In this document: piece by piece, positions 16,150 through 23,360 of the stretch | How the letters are laid out: every line of letters starts with the position of its first letter | Position numbering within the stretch: position 1 is the first letter of the stretch | From: Candidatus Methylomirabilia bacterium | GTDB lineage: Bacteria > Methylomirabilota > Methylomirabilia > Rokubacteriales > CSP1-6 | NCBI GenBank assembly: GCA_041497895.1 | Contig: JBGQHJ010000047.1 | Coordinates: 1-30,326, forward strand | Direction of reading: 5' to 3' | DNA length: 30,326 bases | The notes under the pieces: model-generated | What the model saw: the letters and a program-made list of their open reading frames with translations, nothing else | What the model was told of the DNA's origin: nothing | Database searches by the model: none | Program-made: the position numbers and the translations under genes

Positions 16150-17505
16150 TCAGACCCCGGTGACGGCCTTGATGGCGTCGCGGGTCACCGAGACGAGGCG
16201 GTCGACCTGCTCCTCGCTGACGATCAGCGGCGGCGCGAAGAAGATGTGCTCCAGGCGGGCGCGGGTGATGACCCCGCGCTTGGTCATCTCGGCCAGCACG
16301 CGCGGGCCCACCTTCTTGTCGGCGCCGAACGGCGCCTTCGTCCCGCGGTCCTCGACCAGCTCGACGGCGGCGAGCAGCCCCTTGCCGCCGCGGATGTCGC
16401 CCACGTGCTTGTGATCGCCCAGCGCCTGCTGGAGCCCCCTGTGCAGGCGCGTGCCCATGGCCGCCGCGCGCTCCCAGAGCCGCTCGCGCTCCATGATCTC
16501 GAGGTTCTTGAGCCCGACCGCGCAGCAGGTCGGATGCCCCGAGTAGGTGTAGGCGTGCATCCACTTGTCCTCGGGCTTCACCTCGTCCATCGCCTGCTTG
16601 ATCGTCTTCGAGACCATGATGCCGCCGAGCGGGAGATAGCCCGAGGACACGCCCTTGGCGAAGGAGACGATGTCGGGCAGCACGTTCCAGTGCTCGAGCG
16701 CGAACCACTTGCCGGTGCGGCAGAACCCGGTGATCACCTCGTCGGCGATGAAGAGCACGTTGTGCTTGTCGCAGATCTTGCGCACGAGCGGGAAGTAGTC
16801 GTCGGTGGGGTAGAGCACGCCGCCGCCCCCGTGGATCGGCTCGGCGATGAAGGCCGCCACCGTGTCGGGGCCCTCGCGGAGGATGGCCTCCTCCAGCAGC
16901 CGCGCCGCAGTCTGGCCCGCGGTCTCCCCGGGCTTGGCGCCCTCCTGCCGGTAGGGATAGCACGTCGGGATGTGCACGAAGCCCGGTACCCGCGGCTCGA
17001 ACATCTTCCAGTAGGGCGACATGCCGGTGGCGCTCATCGCCTGCAGCGTCACGCCGTGATAGGCGAGCGCGCGCGCGATGACCTTCACCTTGTCGGGCTT
17101 GCCCTTGGTCTTCCAGTAGAAGCGCGCGGTCTTGAACGCCGACTCGTTGGACTCCGCGCCGCCCGAGGTGAAGAAGACGCCCTGCATGTTCGGGTAGGCG
17201 ATGGTCATCAGCTTGGACGCGAGCTGGATGGCCGGGATGTTGGTCGAGCCGGAGTAGGCCGAGTAGTAGGCCAGCTCGCGCATCTGCGCGGCCGCCGCAT
17301 CCGCCAGCTCCGCCCGCCCGTGGCCCACGTTGACGTTCCAGAGGCCGGCCAGCCCGTCGATGTACTCGCGGCCCTGGACGTCGGTCAGCACCGCGCCGCG
17401 GCCTCGGACGTAGACCATCGGCTCCAGGTGGTCGCTCGGGTGGTGCAGCGGGTGGATCAGGTGATCCTGGTCGTCCTTGATGAGCTGCGCGGCCTCGACG
17501 GGCAT
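16150..17505 (-). CDS. Class III PLP aminotransferase (omega-amino acid/putrescine-pyruvate type)
   Basis: YIDGLAGLWNVNVGHGR, SGGAESNE, AYHG, FIAEPI, FIADEVITGFCRTG, SFAKG (PLP Lys) and HAYTYSGHP; AGGAGG RBS. Confidence 0.95.
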   Translation of the reverse strand: MPVEAAQLIKDDQDHLIHPLHHPSDHLEPMVYVRGRGAVLTDVQGREYIDGLAGLWNVNVGHGRAELADAAAAQMRELAYYSAYSGSTNIPAIQLASKLMTIAYPNMQGVFFTSGGAESNESAFKTARFYWKTKGKPDKVKVIARALAYHGVTLQAMSATGMSPYWKMFEPRVPGFVHIPTCYPYRQEGAKPGETAGQTAARLLEEAILREGPDTVAAFIAEPIHGGGGVLYPTDDYFPLVRKICDKHNVLFIADEVITGFCRTGKWFALEHWNVLPDIVSFAKGVSSGYLPLGGIMVSKTIKQAMDEVKPEDKWMHAYTYSGHPTCCAVGLKNLEIMERERLWERAAAMGTRLHRGLQQALGDHKHVGDIRGGKGLLAAVELVEDRGTKAPFGADKKVGPRVLAEMTKRGVITRARLEHIFFAPPLIVSEEQVDRLVSVTRDAIKAVTGV

Positions 17506-17515
17506 CGGACTCCTC

Positions 17516-17911
17516 CTACGGGCTCGGCTGGTGATAGATGGACGTCGCGGGCGCGTGGGCCCGGTAGTCGCCCCCCGGGATCGGCACGCCGCGGTCGAGT
17601 GGGCCCACGTACCAGTAGATGCACGCGGCCAGCTCGCGGCCGTCTCCGCTCCGGACGGCGACCTCCCGGCGATGATACTGGGGTCCCTCCGCCGAGTCCA
17701 GCGCCCCCCACAGCGCGGGATCGGCGACGCGATAGATCTCGCCGTGGAGGCGGCCGCCCGGGTCCGGCACCGCGCCCGGGTACGAGCCGAGGTCGACGAT
17801 GCGCCCGGCCACCTGCCCGCGCCCCAGGTAGGCCGCGCGCCCATCGAGGAGCCGATGCAGGCGGAAGCCCCGCATCAGCGTCCCGTAGGTGAACACGAGA
17901 TCGGTCGGCAC
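17516..17911 (-). CDS. Gamma-glutamylcyclotransferase, AIG2-like/gamma-glutamylamine cyclotransferase family
   Basis: VFTYGTLMRG, LGSYPG, GEIY, LDSAEG (catalytic Glu) and GDY. Confidence 0.9.
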   Translation of the reverse strand: MPTDLVFTYGTLMRGFRLHRLLDGRAAYLGRGQVAGRIVDLGSYPGAVPDPGGRLHGEIYRVADPALWGALDSAEGPQYHRREVAVRSGDGRELAACIYWYVGPLDRGVPIPGGDYRAHAPATSIYHQPSP

Positions 17912-17926
17912 CGGCGACCGCGAGAG

Positions 17927-18079
17927 CTACGCGCGGCCCTGGCGGTCCTTCGCCTCCTGCTCCTCACGGGAGCAGGCCCCGGGCGCGGCTCACGTCTGGA
18001 TGCCGAAGCGCGGGAGCACCCAGCGGTTCAGCGCGAACCAGCCGATCAGCAGGCCGACGACGACGAGGGCGGCCTCCAT
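17927..18079 (-). CDS. Predicted small single-TM selenoprotein (50 aa, Sec30, U-x5-C); absent from the ORF track
   Basis: GGAGG RBS 8 nt before ATG 18079. Reads MEAALVVVGLLIGWFALNRWVLPRFGIQT-U-AAPGACSREEQEAKDRQGRA to TAG 17927-17929, with in-frame TGA at 17990-17992 followed by a SECIS-like hairpin. Fills the gap between neighbouring genes (3 bp and 15 bp spacers). Confidence 0.75.
17956..17976 (-). promoter_or_regulatory. Bacterial SECIS-like hairpin (small TM selenoprotein)
   Basis: CCUGCUCC-CGUGA-GGAGCAGG: perfect 8-bp stem starting 13 nt after the UGA, with G at loop position 2 followed by U. Confidence 0.7.
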
Positions 18080-18082
18080 CGT

Positions 18083-18745
18083 CTAGGCCTCCGCCTTCTC
18101 CCCGCCGTCCACCGCCCGCATCACCGCGCCCAGGAAGTCCCGCTCGGGCAGCGCGCCCTCGAAGCCGACCCGATCGTTGATGACGACCTTGGGAACCGCC
18201 ATCACCTGGTAGCGCTGGGACAGCTCCGGGAACTCGGTGGCCTCGATGCACTCGGCGCGGACCCGCGGAGAGGCGATCGCCATGTGCTGCGCCAGGCGCA
18301 CGGCCCGGGGACAGTGCGGTCAGGTGGGGGTCGCGAAGACCTTGATCGTGACGTCCTCGGTGAGCCCGGCCAGCGCGGCCTTGGTCTCCTCGGTCAGGCC
18401 CGCCTCCCCGCTGGACACCGCGACGATCGAGTCGATCAGGTTCGAGAACTCGTAGCCGGCGGGGATGCCGAGGAAGCGGATGCCGTAGTCCCGCGCGCCC
18501 TCCACCACCACCACCGGCGACTCGGTTACCCCGTAGGCCTCCGCCTGCTCGCGATCGATGTGAGGGTTCAGCACGGTGACCGATAGCTGATCGGAGAGCG
18601 CCACGACCTCGCGGATCAGGGCCACGGTCTGGGTGTTGTTCTCGCCGCCCAGCTCGGAGGCGAACACGGTCAGCTTCACCGGGCCCCCGATGCGCTCGAA
18701 CTCCTTCTTGACCGCCGCCTCGTCGCGCGCCTGGAGGAAGCCCAT
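18083..18745 (-). CDS. Protein-disulfide oxidoreductase (AhpF N-terminal/glutaredoxin-like, two thioredoxin folds), selenoprotein with U-P-H-C (Sec142), 220 aa
   Basis: Track ORFs 18320-18745 and 18083-18301 are one frame joined by TGA 18320-18322: KVFATPT-U-PHCPRAV. GIRFLGIPAGYEF, V.AVP and FEGALPE are PDO motifs, and the TGA falls exactly at the first Cys of CxxC. Confidence 0.92.
18292..18308 (-). promoter_or_regulatory. Bacterial SECIS-like hairpin (PDO selenoprotein)
   Basis: CCGGGC-CGUGC-GCCUGG: 6-bp stem (one G-U) starting 11 nt after the UGA, with G at loop position 2 followed by U. Confidence 0.7.
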
Positions 18746-18763
18746 GCCCCGGAGTATACCGGC

Positions 18764-20407
18764 TTACTTCGGGGCGCCGCGGACGATTTCGAGCATCCGG
18801 CGGTAGCCGGACGGATCGATGCGCGCGTCGATCAGGGCCGCGCCGGGCGCGGTCTGCGCCCCGATCAGCGCCGCGTTGAGCGTGACCTCGTCGGTCGCGG
18901 TGAACGCACGCAGGCCGAAGGCGCGGGCCAGCGCGCGCAGATCGGGACCCGCGTAGCGCATCGAGACGCCCTCGAAGCCCTTCTGCTCCTGCTTGACCTC
19001 GATCAGCGAGAGCGCCTCGTCGTTGAACACCACGATGACGATGGGCAGCCGCAGTCGCGCCACCGTCTCGAGCTCCGCCGCGACCATCATGAGCCCGCCG
19101 TCGCCGGTGAAACAGATCACCCGACGGTTGGGATGGACGAGCTGTGCCGCGATCGCGGCGGGCAGCGCGAACCCCATGGTGGCCAGGCCGTTCGAGATCA
19201 GCAGCTCGCCGGGCTCGAGCGCCTGCCAGTACGTGGTGGCCTGGAACATGTGGGCGCCGGCGTCCACGGTGGCGATGCTGCCCGCCGCGGTCAGCTCGCG
19301 GGTCATCTGGGCCACGCGATGGGGGGCCAGCCCGGGCACCGGGACCTCGAGGGCCGCGAGGCGCTCACGGCGGATGCGGTCCACCTCGGCCACGTCCCAG
19401 TCCGCCCGCGCGCCGCGCCCCATGATCCGGGGCGCGAGATCCTCGAGGATCGCGCCCGGCTCCCCCACGACCTCCAGCGCGGGCGTGAAGTAGGCGCCGC
19501 CGCCCGGCGCGCGCAGTCCGGGATCGGCGGCCGCGCAGCGGGTCAGGCTCAGCACCGGCGCGGTGTAGGACCAGCGGCGCGGGATCAGCTCCACCGTGTC
19601 GAGACCGAAGGCGATGATGAGATCCGCGCGCGCGACCAGCGGCTCCTCGAGGGCCCCGCCGGTGAAGATGCCGAGCGCGAGCGGGTGCGGGTCCGGGATC
19701 GCGCCCTTGGCCTTGTAGGTGGTCAGCACCGGGGCGGGCAGCGCTTCCGCGAACGCGCGCAGCCACTTGGCGTCCGCGGCCCGGCAGCCGAGGCCAGCGA
19801 GCACGAGCGGCCGCCGGGCCGCGCGGATCATCTCGGCCGCGCGCTCGACCAGATCGCCGTCGAGGGTCGCCGGCGGGGTCGGGGCCAGCGAGGTGGCCGC
19901 CGGCACCGCGCTCCGGCCCGCCACGTCCGCGGGCAGGTCGAGATGCACGGGGCCCCGCGGCTCGGCCAGCGCGAGACGCACCGCGTGGGCCACCCAGTGG
20001 GCGGCCGAGTCCGCACCCACCGTGATGCTGCCCTTGGTGATCGGCGCCAGGTGCGCGCCGTGGTCGAGATACTGGTGCGTCGCGAACTCGAGGACGCCCG
20101 CCGGATGCCGGTCGCTGATGTAGACCAGCGGGGAGCGGTCGAGCCGCGCGTGGGCCAGCCCGGTCGCGCTGGCGGTCACCCCGGGCCCGAGCGTGGACAC
20201 CACCACGCCCGGCCGGCCCGTGAGCTCGCCGGTGACCGCGGCCATGATGCACGCCGCCCACTCCTGGTGGCAGAGCACGAAGGGCAGGCCCCGGCTGCGC
20301 GCCGCCTCGAGCACCTCCAGGTTCGATCCCCCGCCCGGCACGCCGAAGAGGCGGGGCACCTCGGCCCGCGCGAGGCCCTCGACGATCAGGTCGGCGACGG
20401 TGGGCAC
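18764..20407 (-). CDS. Thiamine diphosphate-dependent enzyme (acetolactate synthase large subunit-like)
   Basis: FGVPGG, HQE (catalytic Glu), STLGPG, GPVHLDLP, TMGFALPAA and GDGG...VFND TPP-binding motif. Confidence 0.92.
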   Translation of the reverse strand: MPTVADLIVEGLARAEVPRLFGVPGGGSNLEVLEAARSRGLPFVLCHQEWAACIMAAVTGELTGRPGVVVSTLGPGVTASATGLAHARLDRSPLVYISDRHPAGVLEFATHQYLDHGAHLAPITKGSITVGADSAAHWVAHAVRLALAEPRGPVHLDLPADVAGRSAVPAATSLAPTPPATLDGDLVERAAEMIRAARRPLVLAGLGCRAADAKWLRAFAEALPAPVLTTYKAKGAIPDPHPLALGIFTGGALEEPLVARADLIIAFGLDTVELIPRRWSYTAPVLSLTRCAAADPGLRAPGGGAYFTPALEVVGEPGAILEDLAPRIMGRGARADWDVAEVDRIRRERLAALEVPVPGLAPHRVAQMTRELTAAGSIATVDAGAHMFQATTYWQALEPGELLISNGLATMGFALPAAIAAQLVHPNRRVICFTGDGGLMMVAAELETVARLRLPIVIVVFNDEALSLIEVKQEQKGFEGVSMRYAGPDLRALARAFGLRAFTATDEVTLNAALIGAQTAPGAALIDARIDPSGYRRMLEIVRGAPK

Positions 20408-20413
20408 GACGGC

Positions 20414-20836
20414 TCAGGCGCGCGCCGGCAGGGTCACGGTGGCGGTGGCGGGGACGGTGACGCCCTCCGCGCCCTCGATCCACACCTCGAGATCCACGAG
20501 CCCCTCCGGCCTCTTCTTCTTCACCCGCCCGCGCACCGCGATGGTCTCGCCCACCAGGTTCGGCCTCCGCATCTGGAAGCGCAGCGAGCGGAGGAAGCCG
20601 CCCGCCCCCATCCAGTCGGTCAGGACCCGGCACAGGCAGCCGCGGATGAACGCGGTGTTGACGAAGATGTCGGCGTGCCCCGCGCTCCGGGCGAACGCCT
20701 GGTCGTGATGGACGGGATAGACGTCCTGCGTTCCCGAGACCTGGAGCACCATGCGCGTGACGGTCAGCTCGAGCGAGAACCCCGGCAGCTCCTCGCCCTC
20801 GCGCACGTCGTCCCAGCAGCGCGCCGCCGCTCTCAT
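20414..20836 (-). CDS. MaoC-family hotdog dehydratase (catalytic subunit)
   Basis: WDDVREGEELP and hydratase motif D-x4-H (QDVYPVHHDQAFARSAG); ATGA overlap with the upstream gene. Confidence 0.85.
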   Translation of the reverse strand: MRAAARCWDDVREGEELPGFSLELTVTRMVLQVSGTQDVYPVHHDQAFARSAGHADIFVNTAFIRGCLCRVLTDWMGAGGFLRSLRFQMRRPNLVGETIAVRGRVKKKRPEGLVDLEVWIEGAEGVTVPATATVTLPARA

Positions 20837-21330
20837 GCCCGCATCGACCCCGCCGCGATCTCCTCGGGCGTGCGGTGCACCAGGATCTGGTTCGAGCGCA
20901 CCGCCACCACCTCCTGCCGCTGGTTGACGACGGTCGTCTCGGTCTTGATCCAGACCGACAGCGGGTCGAGCTTGGTCCCCCGCTGGTGCACCGAGACCAC
21001 CCTGTGCCGGGCGCCGAGCCGGTCCCCCACCCGCACCGGCAGGAACCACTCGAACTCCTGGTTCAGGTTGATGAGGCGGTCTCCCGGAGTGGGAATGCGC
21101 GCGACCAGCGGGAAGATGTCGTAGTCGGCGGGCGGCCACGGACCGAGCGAGGCGAAGAAGTCGACCATCACCGGCGGGCAGTCCCCGTCCTCCAGGAAGC
21201 GCGGATTGGTGTCGTCCAGCATGTGGCAGTGTCGACGGATCGGATCGTGCTCCACCGGGTAGCGGCCCCAGACGAGCGGCGTCTCGTGGCCCTCCCACTG
21301 CTGCTTCACCGCCTTGACGTCGTAGGCCAC
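20833..21330 (-). CDS. MaoC/FAS1-like dehydratase N-terminal-type hotdog protein
   Basis: VE...IRRHC...DDTNP, QEFEWFLPVRVGD and VNQRQEVV; GGAGG RBS before GTG. Confidence 0.85.
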   Translation of the reverse strand: MAYDVKAVKQQWEGHETPLVWGRYPVEHDPIRRHCHMLDDTNPRFLEDGDCPPVMVDFFASLGPWPPADYDIFPLVARIPTPGDRLINLNQEFEWFLPVRVGDRLGARHRVVSVHQRGTKLDPLSVWIKTETTVVNQRQEVVAVRSNQILVHRTPEEIAAGSMRA

Positions 21331-21353
21331 GCCGCCTCCGACCGGGCGCGCGG

Positions 21354-22526
21354 CTAGCCTCCCGCCAGTCGCCGGAGGACCGGCTCCATGCGCTCGAGCG
21401 CCTTCCTGAGGTTGGCCTCCGAGCTGGCGTACGACAGGCGCAGGTATCCCTCACCGTACTGGCCGAACGCGGAGCCGCCGAGCACCGCCACTCCCGCCTC
21501 CTGCAGCAGCGCCTCCGCGATCTCGGCGGAGGGGCGCTTGAGCGCCTTCACGTTGGGGAAGACGTAGAAGGCGCCGCGCGGCGAGCGGCAGGAGACGCCG
21601 GGCAGGCGGTTGAGCCCCGCCACCAGCACGTCGCGCCGCCGCTTGAACTCGGCCACCATCTCGGTCACCGGCGTCTGGTCCCCCTGGAGCGCCGCGATGC
21701 CCGCGAGCTGGGTGAAGGAGGCGGTGCACGAGTTGGAGTTCACCATGAGCCGCGTCACGTGCTCGGCGAGCGCCACCGGCATCACTCCGTAGCCGAGACG
21801 CCAGCCGGTCATCGCGTAGGCCTTGGAGAAGCCGTCGAGGATGATGACCAGGTCCTTCATGCCCGGGAAGCGGGTGATCGACGCGAACTCGCCCTCGTAG
21901 AGGAACGCCTTGTAGATCTCGTCGGCGAGCACCGGGATGCGGTAGGTCTTGGCGATCTCGGCGATGCGGCCGAGCTGGTCGACCTCCAGCACGCCACCGG
22001 TCGGATTCTGCGGCGAGTTGATGATGATCAGCTTGGTCTTGCGCGAGACGCTCTTCTCGAGCACGTCGAGATCGAAGCCGAAGCCGCTCTCCTCCCGCAG
22101 CGGGATCGGCACCGGCTTGCCGCCGACGAAGTTGATCACCGATTCGTAGATGGGGAACCCGGGATTCGGGTGCACCACCTCGTCGCCCGGGTTGACCAGC
22201 GCGGTGATCACGAAGTACATGATCGGCTTCGCGCCCGGGGTCACCACGATCTCGTCCGCGGTGACCGGAATGCTGCGGGTGCCCTCCACGTCCTTGACGA
22301 TCGCCTCGCGCAGCTCGGGCAGCCCCGCGGCGGGGCCGTAGTGGGTGGCCCCGCTGTCGAGCGCCCGCTTGGCCGCCTCGCGGATGTGCTTCGGCGTGTC
22401 GAAGTCCGGCTCGCCGATCTCGAGGTGGATGATCTCCTTGCCCTGCCGCTCGAGGGCCTTGGCGCGCGCCAGCACCTCGAACGCCGATTCGGTACCGAGA
22501 CGGGACATCCGCTCCGCGAATTCCAT
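21354..22526 (-). CDS. Class I/II PLP aminotransferase (aspartate aminotransferase-like)
   Basis: LEIGEPDFDTP, VTPGAK, NSPQNPTG, ADEIY, GFSKAYAMTGWRLG and YLRLSYA. Start MEFAERM at 22526. Confidence 0.95.
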   Translation of the reverse strand: MEFAERMSRLGTESAFEVLARAKALERQGKEIIHLEIGEPDFDTPKHIREAAKRALDSGATHYGPAAGLPELREAIVKDVEGTRSIPVTADEIVVTPGAKPIMYFVITALVNPGDEVVHPNPGFPIYESVINFVGGKPVPIPLREESGFGFDLDVLEKSVSRKTKLIIINSPQNPTGGVLEVDQLGRIAEIAKTYRIPVLADEIYKAFLYEGEFASITRFPGMKDLVIILDGFSKAYAMTGWRLGYGVMPVALAEHVTRLMVNSNSCTASFTQLAGIAALQGDQTPVTEMVAEFKRRRDVLVAGLNRLPGVSCRSPRGAFYVFPNVKALKRPSAEIAEALLQEAGVAVLGGSAFGQYGEGYLRLSYASSEANLRKALERMEPVLRRLAGG

Positions 22527-22536
22527 GGTGGCGCCG

Positions 22537-22544
22537 ATTATACT
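22537..22544. promoter_or_regulatory. Overlapping bidirectional -10 elements
   Basis: ATTATACT gives TATAAT on minus (22537-22542, 10 nt before ATG 22526) and TATACT on plus (22539-22544, 7 nt before GTG 22552), within a 25-bp gap. Confidence 0.7.
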
Positions 22545-22551
22545 CGACCGC

Positions 22552-23223
22552 GTGGACTTGGTGGAGGTCCCCGCCGGCTGGTTCCAGATGGGCTGGGAGG
22601 AGGGACATCCGGGCGAGCGCCCTCGCCATCGGGTCTGGCTCGACGCCTTCGCGATCGCCCGGGCGCCCGTGACCAACCGTGACTACGCCCCGTTCCTGGC
22701 CGAGACGGGCGCGATCCCGCCCGCGTGGTGGGAGGATCCCCGCTTCTCCGATCCGGAGCAGCCGGTGGTGGGCGTGAGCTGGGTCGACGCGACCGACTAC
22801 TGCCGGTGGCGGTCCGCGCGCGCCGGTGCTCGGGTGAGGCTGCCGTCCGAGGCCGAATGGGAGAAGGCCGCGCGCGGCGGCCTCGACGGCGCGCGATTCC
22901 CCTGGGGCGAGGCGCGGCCGACCCTGGCCGGCTTCGATCGACCGCCGCGCCCGGCCGACACACCGGCCAACCCGCTCGGGCTGCTCGCGCTGTCGGGCGT
23001 CTGTCACGAGTGGTGTCTCGACTGGGAGGACGGGACCTACTACGCGCGGTCGCCCGAGCGCGACCCCCGCGGCCCGGAGACGGGGACCCGCCGGGTGTCC
23101 CGCGGCGGCGCGTGGCGGCACCAGGACCCGTGGAGCCTGGTGGCCCACCGCTCCTCGCTGCCTCCCGACCTGCGCTACTCCGACTACGGCTTCCGCCTCG
23201 TACGCCAAGCGCCCCCACTCTAG
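22552..23223 (+). CDS. SUMF1/FGE-sulfatase domain protein (lacks the FGE catalytic Cys pair)
   Basis: VPAGWFQMG, ERPRHRV, PVTN, PVVGVSW.DA, RLPSEAEWEKAARGG, EWC.DW, RGGAW and YGFR. Confidence 0.9.
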   Translation: MDLVEVPAGWFQMGWEEGHPGERPRHRVWLDAFAIARAPVTNRDYAPFLAETGAIPPAWWEDPRFSDPEQPVVGVSWVDATDYCRWRSARAGARVRLPSEAEWEKAARGGLDGARFPWGEARPTLAGFDRPPRPADTPANPLGLLALSGVCHEWCLDWEDGTYYARSPERDPRGPETGTRRVSRGGAWRHQDPWSLVAHRSSLPPDLRYSDYGFRLVRQAPPL

Positions 23224-23360
23224 CCTGAGCCACGACTCAGCTCCTCGCGGGCGGGCTCGACCAAGACCGGACGGGTGGCGACGTGGGTGACGGAGCCGGC
23301 CGCGCGGGAGCCGCCCGCGTCGACAGGACCCGTCCGCCTCGCGCGTTGTCCGTCCTCGGG

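Noticed and set aside
17964..18251. Track ORFs 17964-18251 (-) and 17889-18086 (+) as the gene filling this gap
   Set aside because: No RBS or protein-like composition, and both overlap real genes. The 17927-18079 frame has an RBS, a TM helix and a tight fit.
18083..18745. Pseudogene or two-gene interpretation of the thioredoxin-like locus
   Set aside because: The only interruption is a TGA at the catalytic Cys position followed by a SECIS-like hairpin, and both halves are otherwise intact.
22552..23223. True formylglycine-generating enzyme or EgtB/SenA
   Set aside because: No C-x4-C after the RGG motif and no N-terminal DinB-like metal domain; only the fold is supported.
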